From positions 37,656-101,655 of the IMG/VR virus record IMGVR_UViG_3300007276_000035: a DNA stretch of 64,000 nucleotides. The stretch is one strand, 5' to 3'. Positions 18,978 through 28,056 of this stretch are shown here, piece by piece. The DNA comes from a virus. The position numbers were made by a program, and so were the translations under genes. Below the pieces are notes generated by a model. That model searched no databases and was not told the DNA's origin. It saw only the letters and a program-made list of their open reading frames with translations. Numbering within the stretch: position 1 is the first letter of the stretch; every line of letters begins with the position of its first letter.

Positions 18978-19800
18978 TTTGCTTTGCATGGCAGTGTCAA
19001 AAATTATTGGCGATTCAGCTGAATATAATAAAAATTTAGACAATCAAACATTATTTAATGCATACCAGGACATGTGTAATATTGTTTTACATAGCGCAGA
19101 AACATTCATCCAGGAAGACTTTGACATTGTGGTTTTTGGAGATGATGTTGAAAGTTATCAAGAAATATTTCATAAAAACTTTGCTAGCGTTTATGAAGCA
19201 TGGGATATTGATAGCCCTAATAACGTGTTGTTTTTGGACTGCGACACATTAATAATTAGCCCCACAGAAGTATTCGGTAAGTATGATCGCTTTCAATTAT
19301 TTAATTATACCGACCCTAAATCGCTGCAAGGACCAGACGCTAAAAACAAATACAACTTAGCGTTTGATCATTACTTTAATGCAGGGGTTAGGTATTATCC
19401 TGACACCATGACTAAAGAAGTATGGGACCTAGGTTGGAGCTATGCATCGGATTGGGATTACGATATTTGGGGTACAGAACAAATTATATTTAATGAAATG
19501 ATGTTCTCACAAGACCGCGATCATACTACCTGGTTAAAGCCAGAAATGAATTACCAAATTCCAGGCGTTGCATTTAATAGCTTGGGTGCTTATGGTAAAG
19601 TACATCAACTTGATAGACTGAACGGGTGTAATGTCCAGGATGCTAACATTTTACATTTACATGGAACACGCGGTGCCTTGAACACATTGTTACAACAATG
19701 GGTTATTTGGAAACAAATAACTAACGAGGAGTTTGAGTTTGATAATTTTGTCGTGGTTAAAGATAGCGATGGTAATGCTACAAACTTGCAACAAAAATAA
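18970..19800 (+). CDS. GT-A glycosyltransferase (GT8-like)
   Basis: VLFLDCDT (DxD), YFNAGV, EQIIFN, ILHLHG. Confidence 0.75.
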   Translation: MSNLLCMAVSKIIGDSAEYNKNLDNQTLFNAYQDMCNIVLHSAETFIQEDFDIVVFGDDVESYQEIFHKNFASVYEAWDIDSPNNVLFLDCDTLIISPTEVFGKYDRFQLFNYTDPKSLQGPDAKNKYNLAFDHYFNAGVRYYPDTMTKEVWDLGWSYASDWDYDIWGTEQIIFNEMMFSQDRDHTTWLKPEMNYQIPGVAFNSLGAYGKVHQLDRLNGCNVQDANILHLHGTRGALNTLLQQWVIWKQITNEEFEFDNFVVVKDSDGNATNLQQK

Positions 19801-19826
19801 TTTTTTAAATAATGGCGCCACTAAGT

Positions 19827-19927
19827 AAAAAACTGGACAGTCTAGTTGCAGTACTCTGCGTCTAAATAGCCTATACTAAGAGGGAGGCACACAATATTAC
19901 TTGTTAGACTGAACATCAACTGTCCGT
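19827..19927 (-). ncRNA. Candidate structured ncRNA (~100 nt)
   Basis: TAAATA promoter at 19933-19938 (minus); 5' GGACAGU pairs with 3' ACUGUCC; internal stems; U6 tail. Confidence 0.45.
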
Positions 19928-19989
19928 ACTAATATTTACTAAAAAATACAAAAATCTATTCTAAACGGTGGATTTTAAGTCAAAACAGC

Positions 19990-20018
19990 TTGACCGACCA
20001 ATTAAAGTGTAGTATAAT
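19990..20018 (+). promoter_or_regulatory. sigma70-type promoter
   Basis: TTGACC-N17-TATAAT. Confidence 0.7.
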
Positions 20019-20042
20019 GTATATAACATAAAGGAATTAATC

Positions 20043-20348
20043 ATGCTAATCGATAAACCAATTGCAAAGAACGATGTAGTAACAATCAAACTATTAAGTG
20101 GCGAAGAACTTATTGCGACTTATGTTAACGAAGAAAATGGTAAGTATAATGTAGACAAGCCAGTGCAACTAGTTAGTGTCCCAGGAGACAATGGCCAAAT
20201 GGGAGTGCAGTTCCATCCTTACTTGGTTACTAGTGCAAGCACTTCGTTTGGCATAAACACTGCATTAGTTGTTACACTATGTCCTAGCTCTGATCAAGTA
20301 GCTAAAATGTATTTAGAACAAACTACTAGTATACAACTCGCAACATAA
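20043..20348 (+). CDS. Conserved phage protein, possible Sm-like fold
   Basis: VVTIKLLSGEELIA...Y..QTTSI. Confidence 0.6.
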   Translation: MLIDKPIAKNDVVTIKLLSGEELIATYVNEENGKYNVDKPVQLVSVPGDNGQMGVQFHPYLVTSASTSFGINTALVVTLCPSSDQVAKMYLEQTTSIQLAT

Positions 20349-20358
20349 GGAAGAAAAA

Positions 20359-20832
20359 ATGATCTATGAATATAATTGTATAATTGATCACGTAGTCGAC
20401 GGTGACACCATAGACGTACACATTGACTTAGGGTTTGATAACTGGGTCAAGCACCAGCGTATTAGACTACATGACATAGACACTCCAGAAACACGCACTA
20501 GTGATAAAATAGAAGAACACTTCGGTGAGCTTGCTGAACAGTTTGTTAAGAAAATGCTGCCAGAAGGTAGCATACAAAGATTAAAAAGCAAAGCATATAA
20601 CCCAAAAGGATCATACGGACGTATACTTGCAGATTTTGAATTTTATGACGCCCCTAACGATCGCTGGACTAGTCTTTGCCAAACACTAGTGGACGTAGGA
20701 TATGCTGCTAAGTATAGAACTGGCCAGGATCAAATATTAATGGAACAAGAACATCTAAATAATAGAAGAAAGTTGATAGACGCAGGCATTTCGACAATGA
20801 CCTACGAAGAAGCAGGAGTCGAGGAGGCTTAA
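20359..20832 (+). CDS. Thermonuclease (SNase-like)
   Basis: VVDGDTID, RIRL..IDTPE, YGRILA. Confidence 0.9.
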   Translation: MIYEYNCIIDHVVDGDTIDVHIDLGFDNWVKHQRIRLHDIDTPETRTSDKIEEHFGELAEQFVKKMLPEGSIQRLKSKAYNPKGSYGRILADFEFYDAPNDRWTSLCQTLVDVGYAAKYRTGQDQILMEQEHLNNRRKLIDAGISTMTYEEAGVEEA

Positions 20833-21329
20833 TGTATATTTCAACAAAATCATATGGACCCAGTGAAGGCTTTGCTGTATGCTACAGACAGTGGCGAGCA
20901 GATCGCAAAAGTGGGAAAGGCAAGGATGAGCTATATAGTATCAATGAAGTGCCAGGATGTAGTGCATTGCATGGTTACGCATTAGGGTTTCACTTCGAGT
21001 TCTCTTGTGAAACACTTGATGCTCGTAATTGGGTTGTGGACTTTGGTAGTCTACGATCGTTTAAAGAGTTCCTTAAAGAAAACTTCGATCATACTATGCT
21101 AGTAGCACAAGACGACCCCGAGTTTGAAACATTTGAAATGTTGCACAATAAAGCATTAGCTAAGATGGTTGTGGTGGAAGCCACTGGGTGTGAAGCATTA
21201 GCTAAGTTCTTGTGTGATTATCTAAACAATATTTGGTTACCAGATAACTATCCAAATGGCGGAATAGTTTGCACTAAGTTTGAGGTTAGAGAAACACCAA
21301 GCAATAGTGCTATGTATGTACCCTCATAA
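20832..21329 (+). CDS. queD: 6-pyruvoyl-tetrahydropterin synthase/QueD-like protein
   Basis: C..LHGY, WVVDFG, FDHT, E.LA, V.ETP.N.A.Y. Confidence 0.8.
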   Translation: MYISTKSYGPSEGFAVCYRQWRADRKSGKGKDELYSINEVPGCSALHGYALGFHFEFSCETLDARNWVVDFGSLRSFKEFLKENFDHTMLVAQDDPEFETFEMLHNKALAKMVVVEATGCEALAKFLCDYLNNIWLPDNYPNGGIVCTKFEVRETPSNSAMYVPS

Positions 21330-21372
21330 TCAGTAGAGTTTACATAAATGTTGTTATATCAGAGCGATATTT

Positions 21373-22589
21373 ATGGTAAATACATACATGTTCTTTGGTA
21401 TACTCACATTAATAACCGCGTTAAGCATAGCAGGCGTTGCTGCCTGGTTTAGTATTGCAGGCCTTATGGCTATTTTCAGTGCAAGTGCAATTGCCATAGC
21501 CATCATGGCAGGAGTACTTGAAGTAGGCAAACTAGTTACAGCTAGTTGGCTTTATAGGCACTGGCAAGAAACTAGATTCATGATGAAGGTGTACATGACT
21601 AGTGCAGTTGTGGTTTTAATGCTTATTACTAGCATGGGTATATTTGGATTCTTATCAAAAGCGCACCTAGACCAAGCAGCAGAAGGCGGCAACAATAATT
21701 TACTAATTAAACGAATAGAACAGCAAATGGTGCGAGAACAACGTGCAATTACTGATGCAGATATTGTAATCGGCAGTTAGATCAAGCAGTACAAACATTA
21801 ATGGATTATGATCGGATTCGAGGTAAAGATGGGGCAATTGCTGTTAGGAAAAGCCAAGCAGAAGAAAGAGCAGATCTAAAAGAAATTATAACAAGAGCAT
21901 CAGGTAATATCGCTACACTCCAAGATGATTTGCTTCCATTAAAAGAAAAAGAATTACAAGTAGAATTAAAAGTTGGGCCACTAAAATATGTCGCTGAACT
22001 TGTTTACGGGGAAAGTTCAGAGGAATTATTAGATAAAGCAGTTCGATTGTTTATACTATTATTAATATTTGTTTTTGATCCATTGGCTATAATGATGATT
22101 ATAGCAGCTAACCAAACACTACTTCATCACGGGGTATCATTAGAAAAAAGATATACGTCATCCGATGAAGAAGATGAACCTCCAAAAAAAAAGAGTAGCG
22201 AGCCAGTAAATGAGAAACAGAATGAGAAACGCGCAGACAAACCGTCAGCGACAACAACGGTCCTGGATGAATCTTCAAAGCGAGAGCGAGAAAGACTTGA
22301 GCAATACATCAATAGACTCGAGTCTGATAAAGCCGATTTGGAGTCCGAAAAAGAATACCTCAAAAACAGACCAAAAGAAATAGAATACATAGTTAAAGAA
22401 AAGCCCATTTCGCGTGTTGTTACAATCGAAGACACCGAAAGGGTAGATGCTCTAACTAAACAAGTAGAGGAACTAACCAAACAGCTTGCTCAGCAGCCTA
22501 AGCCTACACAAAAACAAAAGGAAGCTGATCTAAAAAACAAAATGGGCTTTTGGGCTGTGCCATTACCGGGCAAGGATAAAGATATATAA
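21373..22589 (+). pseudogene. Membrane coiled-coil protein split by a -1 frameshift near 21773 (ORFs 21373-21780 and 21801-22589)
   Basis: ...ADIVI then, in the -1 frame, QLDQAVQTLMDYDRIRG reads continuously; LEVGKLVTASW and VGPLKYVAEL...FVFDPLA halves of one phage family. Confidence 0.65.
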
Positions 22590-23860
22590 TGTCTACTGAA
22601 GAATTAACATGCAGTTTTTGTAGTAAGCCTCGCTCAGACGTAGACAAGCTAATTGCTGGTCCTGCTGTCTATATTTGCAATGAATGTATTACAATTAGTT
22701 ACAATATTGTTCAAGAAACCGAGATAGAAGAAGAGGTTGAACAGGAACCGCAAGAAGAAGCCATCTTAACGCCTTTAGAAATTAAGAAGTACTTAGACGA
22801 ATACATAGTCGGGCACAATGATGCAAAACAGATGCTAGCAGTTAGTGCGTATAATCATTACAAGCGCGTAGATAACGACAATGACATATTTCTAGAAAAG
22901 AGTAATATTATGCTACTTGGTCCTACTGGGTCTGGTAAGACTCTATTCGCAAAAACACTAGCAAATAAGCTAAGTGTGCCGTTTGCTATAGCGGACGCAA
23001 CTACATTAACTGAATCAGGGTACATCGGAGAAGACGTAGAAAGTATTATCGAGCGACTACTTTCGGTTGCTAACTACGATGTAGAAAAAGCTCAGCGCGG
23101 AATAATATATATAGACGAAATTGATAAAAAAGCTAGGTCAGAATCAAGCTCAAATGCTCGCGATGTGTCAGGCGAAGGTGTGCAACAGGCATTGCTACGC
23201 ATGATAGAAGGTACTACATTAAAAGTAAAAGTAGACACATTTAAGATTGAAAACCAATACATAGACTTTGATACGTCGAATGTTTTGTTTATATTGGGTG
23301 GCGCATTTGTGGGAATAGAAAAATTAATAAACAAACGGCATAAGTCAAAAACAAATATTGGATTTAATGCTAACATAAAAAATAAAGCAGAACGTGAAAA
23401 CACACTTAGCGATGTTACAACTGATGATTTAATCAAGTTTGGAATAATTCCTGAATTAATGGGCAGAGTACCTATCATTGGTGTACTTGATCGCTTAACT
23501 GAAAAAGAATTACGATTGATTTTAACGCATGTTAAAAATAACCTAATAGACCAAGAAAAGCATCTATTACAATTAGACGGAATAATACTTGAGTTTAGCG
23601 AAAGCTATTATAATACAGTTGCACGCCTAAGTGCTAAAGCAGGCATGGGAGCAAGGACGTTAAAGACTATCGTAGATAACAGTCTTATTAGTATTATGTA
23701 TAGAGCCCCAGAACTTCAAGAAGCCGGGGTAGTAAAAATATCCTTCGATAAATATCCAGTAAGCAAAGACATAAAGCCTACGCTGCATTACGATAAAGGT
23801 AGACCAGTAGTAGACAAACAGTACACAATATACAGAGGAAAGTATGAAGAACAATTATAA
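22589..23860 (+). CDS. clpX: ATP-dependent Clp protease ATPase ClpX
   Basis: CSFC..C4 zinc domain, GPTGSGKT, ADATTLTE.GY.GEDVE, DEIDK, RDVSGEGVQQALL, IGF loop. Confidence 0.97.
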   Translation: MSTEELTCSFCSKPRSDVDKLIAGPAVYICNECITISYNIVQETEIEEEVEQEPQEEAILTPLEIKKYLDEYIVGHNDAKQMLAVSAYNHYKRVDNDNDIFLEKSNIMLLGPTGSGKTLFAKTLANKLSVPFAIADATTLTESGYIGEDVESIIERLLSVANYDVEKAQRGIIYIDEIDKKARSESSSNARDVSGEGVQQALLRMIEGTTLKVKVDTFKIENQYIDFDTSNVLFILGGAFVGIEKLINKRHKSKTNIGFNANIKNKAERENTLSDVTTDDLIKFGIIPELMGRVPIIGVLDRLTEKELRLILTHVKNNLIDQEKHLLQLDGIILEFSESYYNTVARLSAKAGMGARTLKTIVDNSLISIMYRAPELQEAGVVKISFDKYPVSKDIKPTLHYDKGRPVVDKQYTIYRGKYEEQL

Positions 23861-24200
23861 GTCAAATAACAATCAACCTATCATAACAGGCGCAAGTGTG
23901 TTTGTTAGGAACGATGATGTTAATGGGGCACTGCGTAGACTCAAGAAGATCTTAGAAGCTGATAACAGACAAAAAGATTTAGCAAGACACGAGTTTTTCG
24001 AAAAAGACAGCTCAAGAAAGAAACGGGCACGTGACCAAGCCAAGAAAAGAACTAAGCGTGATAATCAAGCGGGCATAGAAGCAGGCACAGCTAATCGTCC
24101 TACTGGTCTAAAATGGATGAAGTCAAAGCGTAAGCGTAGAAAAATAATCGATGCCGATTATGCGTTTAATGTAGCAAGGCGCCGAAGCCAAACACGCTAA
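23844..24200 (+). CDS. rpsU: Ribosomal protein bS21 with basic C-terminal extension
   Basis: VFVRNDDVNGALRRLKK...RHEFFEK.S..KKR. Confidence 0.8.
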   Translation: MKNNYKSNNNQPIITGASVFVRNDDVNGALRRLKKILEADNRQKDLARHEFFEKDSSRKKRARDQAKKRTKRDNQAGIEAGTANRPTGLKWMKSKRKRRKIIDADYAFNVARRRSQTR

Positions 24201-24202
24201 CT

Positions 24203-24934
24203 GTGAAAAAACTATTCGTTGCTGGTTGCAGTTTTAGTAATTACACCGAAGTAGATAAAGTATACGGTGAGTTTGCTAGCGAAAAGATGGGTATAGAATA
24301 TAGACATCTAGCTGGTGGCTGTGGCAGCAACGATCGTTCCATTCGACTTATAATGAGTGCTATCTTAAACGGCAGCATGGACCCAGGCGATATTATAGTT
24401 TATCAACCAACAGAGTCAACCCGCACTGAATTTGCAAGCTGGTCCTTAACTGATACTCCAGATGGAAAACTGTACATGGACTCCATCTGGCCCTGGGTAA
24501 AACACGAGAAGAATGCATTATTAGAATACACGGAAACCAATACAGTGATAACTCGATGGAAAACAGACAGTCACAAGTGGCAACCAGGCAAAGACGCTGA
24601 GCTCCACAGAGCATACGAAATGTATGGCACTGTCTATAACCATGCACTAGAAATAGAGCGTAACAAATTACTTATGCTTCGGGAATTTGTAAACTCACGT
24701 AATATAAATTTTACAGTATTATGGACTGGGTATGCGTTAGATTTGCTAGAAACATACAGCATATTACTCGATGATCAAGATATACAATTAACAGAAATTT
24801 GTCCAGAATTAGCACCGGAGCCACTGGAAGAATATCAATTACACGGGACAGACCTGGCTCATTTGTCTCTAGAAGGACATAAACTATTAGGCGATAGATT
24901 AGCTAGCGCCTTAAACACTACATTCGGAGAGTAA
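24203..24934 (+). CDS. SGNH/GDSL hydrolase-like protein
   Basis: LFVAGCSFS, AGGCGSN, D.AHLS.EGH. Confidence 0.7.
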   Translation: MKKLFVAGCSFSNYTEVDKVYGEFASEKMGIEYRHLAGGCGSNDRSIRLIMSAILNGSMDPGDIIVYQPTESTRTEFASWSLTDTPDGKLYMDSIWPWVKHEKNALLEYTETNTVITRWKTDSHKWQPGKDAELHRAYEMYGTVYNHALEIERNKLLMLREFVNSRNINFTVLWTGYALDLLETYSILLDDQDIQLTEICPELAPEPLEEYQLHGTDLAHLSLEGHKLLGDRLASALNTTFGE

Positions 24935-24935
24935 A

Positions 24936-25319
24936 ATGGCATACAGTGATAAAGTTTTAGATCATTACGAAAACCCGCGCAACGTTGGTAAGTTTGATCC
25001 AAAAGAAGATAGCATAGGCACCGGAATGGTGGGCGCGCCAGCATGTGGTGACGTAATGAGACTACAAATTAAAGTTGGTAAAGATGGTTTAATCGAAGAC
25101 GCTAAGTTTAAAACATACGGTTGCGGCAGTGCTATTGCATCAAGTTCGCTACTAACTGAATGGGTAAAAGGAATGACACTAGAACAAGCAAGTGAAGTGC
25201 GAAACACAGAAATTGCTCAAGAACTAGCATTACCGCCAGTTAAAATACATTGCAGTGTATTAGCTGAGGATGCTATCAAAGCCGCCGTTCGCGACTATCG
25301 AGAAAAGCATGGATCTTAA
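24936..25319 (+). CDS. iscU: Fe-S cluster scaffold IscU
   Basis: MAYSDKVLDHYENPRN, GAPACGD, KTYGCGSA, LPPVKIHCS. Confidence 0.98.
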   Translation: MAYSDKVLDHYENPRNVGKFDPKEDSIGTGMVGAPACGDVMRLQIKVGKDGLIEDAKFKTYGCGSAIASSSLLTEWVKGMTLEQASEVRNTEIAQELALPPVKIHCSVLAEDAIKAAVRDYREKHGS

Positions 25320-25713
25320 AAAAGCATTATGGTACACAGCAGGAATGCTGTGTCTAGTGTTAGCTTATATTGGATTTATACTACCAGGTATTCCTTTTAG
25401 CATTCCATTGGTAGGTGCAGCGTATTGCTTTGCTAAATCAAGTGAAAAAATGCACGACTGGTTATATAACCATCCTTGGTTTGGTGAGTTCTTAACAAAC
25501 TTTACTGAAAAGAAAATATTTCCTACCAAAGCAAAGTACATGATGGTAGCAATGATGTCTACAACTGTAGTCATTATGTGGTTTACTACACATAACCTTG
25601 TTGCTGTATTTTGGGCAGCACTGTTTATGGCAAGTGGTGCATGGTGGACTTGGCGCTTGCCAGGTAGTGAGGAAGAATGGGAAAAGAGACAGAACAAATC
25701 TACTACGAAGTAG
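25309..25713 (+). CDS. YbaN/DUF454 membrane protein
   Basis: IG.ILPGIP, AAYCFAKSS...H.WL..HP.FG. Confidence 0.85.
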   Translation: MDLKKALWYTAGMLCLVLAYIGFILPGIPFSIPLVGAAYCFAKSSEKMHDWLYNHPWFGEFLTNFTEKKIFPTKAKYMMVAMMSTTVVIMWFTTHNLVAVFWAALFMASGAWWTWRLPGSEEEWEKRQNKSTTK

Positions 25714-26117
25714 ACCTTCCACAATTACCGGATGATATATTAGACTCTGATCCGGAATCAATCCTTAAACGTACCTGTACCTTCGACCGTATCGAATACG
25801 GGTACGGTAGCTTTGAAGCAAACCCAGAGCTATACGAGTTCTTACAGCCCTACTACAAAACGCCAATTATTGTACGCTATCAATTAGTGCTTAACGACTT
25901 ACCTAAGCACACTGACTTTTGTGATCAAGACTACAAATGCAATTACATTATTACACCAGGTGGTGACAATGTAATAACCACCTGGTACAAACAGGATCGC
26001 GTATTAGCTTATACTCAATTCGAATCACAGTTATGGTACAAGTTTAACGTGACACTTGAACACGATGTAATAAATGTAAAATCACCTCGCGTAAGTGTAA
26101 CGGTGAAAGAAACATGA
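25677..26117 (+). CDS. 2OG-Fe(II) oxygenase-like protein
   Basis: LPKHTD, NYII..GG, distal H.V....PR. Confidence 0.6.
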   Translation: MGKETEQIYYEVDLPQLPDDILDSDPESILKRTCTFDRIEYGYGSFEANPELYEFLQPYYKTPIIVRYQLVLNDLPKHTDFCDQDYKCNYIITPGGDNVITTWYKQDRVLAYTQFESQLWYKFNVTLEHDVINVKSPRVSVTVKET

Positions 26118-26416
26118 AGCGGTACTTAATAACAGCTTGGATGATCTTGATTTGGTGTTTGTTGTTACCTATAACACCATTTATTAAACAAAGTAACTGT
26201 TGGTATTATAGTGTAAAGAAACGTATATCGCAGGGCGGATCTATTGAGGCAATAGCAAGTAAGTATTGGTCAGGATATCACTTTGCTTGGATAGATCAAG
26301 ACGGGGTTTTCCATGATTATAATGTAAGATACCGCTTACCTGATCACAGCCCTTGGTGGAAGTTTATCTTATATAGCGGCAGAGAGCGTGAATTCAAAAG
26401 AATAAAAATAGGTTGA
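26114..26416 (+). CDS. Hypothetical protein with hydrophobic N-terminus
   Basis: ATGA coupling; SNCW, HFAW motifs. Confidence 0.6.
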   Translation: MKRYLITAWMILIWCLLLPITPFIKQSNCWYYSVKKRISQGGSIEAIASKYWSGYHFAWIDQDGVFHDYNVRYRLPDHSPWWKFILYSGREREFKRIKIG

Positions 26417-26441
26417 CAAGTTACTATTAACCTAGTAATAT
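26413..26441 (+). promoter_or_regulatory. sigma70-type promoter
   Basis: TTGACA-N17-TAATAT. Confidence 0.6.
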
Positions 26442-26479
26442 AGTATATATAGTTACAATTTTACTAGGAGTAATAGTAC

Positions 26480-26899
26480 ATGACAATGCACCTATTAGGT
26501 CACCAGTATTCAACTATCAACACCAAGAAGCGTAAAGTGAAGTATACAAGAGCACAGCAAGAATCGTGGACTAAAGAGTGGCGCGCACAAAACAAATGGA
26601 ACAAGCAACGCGGGTTTCCATCTATTACCTTAGAAGAATTTATCGATCAATTGCACGGCAAGACTAAACGTGTATTGAAACAACCTACATTGTCTGCTCC
26701 TCAAACTACAAATTATCGAGAGACACAACCATATCCTAGTAAAAGCGACGAAGGTGTGGGTATCGCTGGTAAACAAGAACCAAAAGTTTACGACGGTGAG
26801 CGCAAGTTGTTGGGTATTGCTACAATGCATAAGTCAAATATGGTACCTGTGTTTGATCAAGAAAGTGCAAAAGATATAGCTAACATGAGGCGTAACTAA
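26480..26899 (+). CDS. Conserved T4-like hypothetical protein
   Basis: GIATMHKSNMVPVF...AKDIA.MRR. Confidence 0.8.
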   Translation: MTMHLLGHQYSTINTKKRKVKYTRAQQESWTKEWRAQNKWNKQRGFPSITLEEFIDQLHGKTKRVLKQPTLSAPQTTNYRETQPYPSKSDEGVGIAGKQEPKVYDGERKLLGIATMHKSNMVPVFDQESAKDIANMRRN

Positions 26900-27111
26900 T
26901 GAATTACTTTAACATGCAAGGTCCATTAATTAATTTGGATCATGTGCGTAAAATTACAGAAATCGTAGACATTGCGCACCCCAGCGATTCCAGAATAACA
27001 GCAGGCTTTACATTAGAATACAGTGACGGAACCGTAGAAAAGTTTGCTGGCTCTGGTGATACAATGACATCATTGTACGAACGGTTAAGAACACGGGCAC
27101 AAAAGTTCTAG
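26899..27111 (+). CDS. Hypothetical protein
   Basis: TAATG coupling. Confidence 0.6.
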   Translation: MNYFNMQGPLINLDHVRKITEIVDIAHPSDSRITAGFTLEYSDGTVEKFAGSGDTMTSLYERLRTRAQKF

Positions 27112-27150
27112 ATTTTAGAACAAGAGCATATATCCAAAGATAAATAAAGT

Positions 27151-27231
27151 TGTAACAAAAACAAATAATACGCCAATTGGGTTTATTTGTGTTACATTAA
27201 ATCTTGCTTAACTTAAAGGAGATACACTATG
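27151..27231 (+). promoter_or_regulatory. ROSE-like RNA thermometer leader of hsp20
   Basis: Long hairpin 27151-27196, then AUCUUGCU (27201-27208) pairing with SD AAGGAGAU (27216-27223). Confidence 0.6.
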
Positions 27232-27705
27232 ACAAGCAAACCATTACGACTCTCATTGAGAGATCTTCAAAACACCCCATTAGGTAAACTAGGCATTGGA
27301 TTCGATCGCACGTTCGAAGACATGTTCGACGCAGCAGGCGCTTGCTTAACAGGTAACGGAGGCTACCCTCCCTACAATATTGCTAAACTTACCGATGACC
27401 TTGGCAGCAGCACTTACGAAATAACGTTAGCTGTAGCTGGATTCAAGGATGACGACATAGAGATTGTTGTCGAAAACAATCATTTGCGTGTCGTTGGTAA
27501 TTCTAACGCATTGTCTCAAAAAGAAGACGTATCGGTGGAATACCTACATAAAGGCATTGCGGAGCGCAACTTTACCCGCACTTTTACTTTGGCAGAACAT
27601 GTAGAAGTACGAGAAGCTCTTTTGCGTGATGGTATCTTAAAGATACGATTGGTGAGAACTGTCCCAGAGGAACTACAACCTCTGAAGATAGAAATCAAAT
27701 CTTAA
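27229..27705 (+). CDS. hsp20: Small heat shock protein (IbpA-like)
   Basis: IGFDR.F, YPPYNI, LAVAGF, YLHKGIA.R.F.R.F.LAEH. Confidence 0.95.
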   Translation: MTSKPLRLSLRDLQNTPLGKLGIGFDRTFEDMFDAAGACLTGNGGYPPYNIAKLTDDLGSSTYEITLAVAGFKDDDIEIVVENNHLRVVGNSNALSQKEDVSVEYLHKGIAERNFTRTFTLAEHVEVREALLRDGILKIRLVRTVPEELQPLKIEIKS

Positions 27706-27710
27706 TCAAC

Positions 27711-27736
27711 ATGGTCCCTGTTCAAGCAGGGACCAT
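27711..27736 (+). terminator. Hairpin, probable terminator
   Basis: ATGGTCCCTG-TTCAAG-CAGGGACCAT 10-bp stem. Confidence 0.6.
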
Positions 27737-27759
27737 TAACTTTACACACAGAGGTACAA

Positions 27760-28056
27760 ATGGCTAACACTAAAACAAAAACCAAAGAATCAGTTGATAT
27801 TTCTTACCCTAGTCGATTTAAGGTAATAATCCACAATGATGACTTTACGCCTGTTGAATTTGTTATTCAGCTATTAGTTGAAATATTTAACAAGACAATC
27901 GACGAAGCTAACGATATAACTATGCTAGTGCATACACAAGGATCTGGTATAGCAGGAGTTTACAGCTACGAAGTAGCAGAACAAAAACTCCATGAGGCGA
28001 GTTTAATTATAAGGCACAAAGGGCATCCGCTTCTGGTCGAAATAGAGGCTGTGTGA
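27760..28056 (+). CDS. clpS: N-degron adaptor ClpS
   Basis: VIIHNDDFTPVEFV, ML.VH..G..IAG, YEVAEQK. Confidence 0.95.
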   Translation: MANTKTKTKESVDISYPSRFKVIIHNDDFTPVEFVIQLLVEIFNKTIDEANDITMLVHTQGSGIAGVYSYEVAEQKLHEASLIIRHKGHPLLVEIEAV

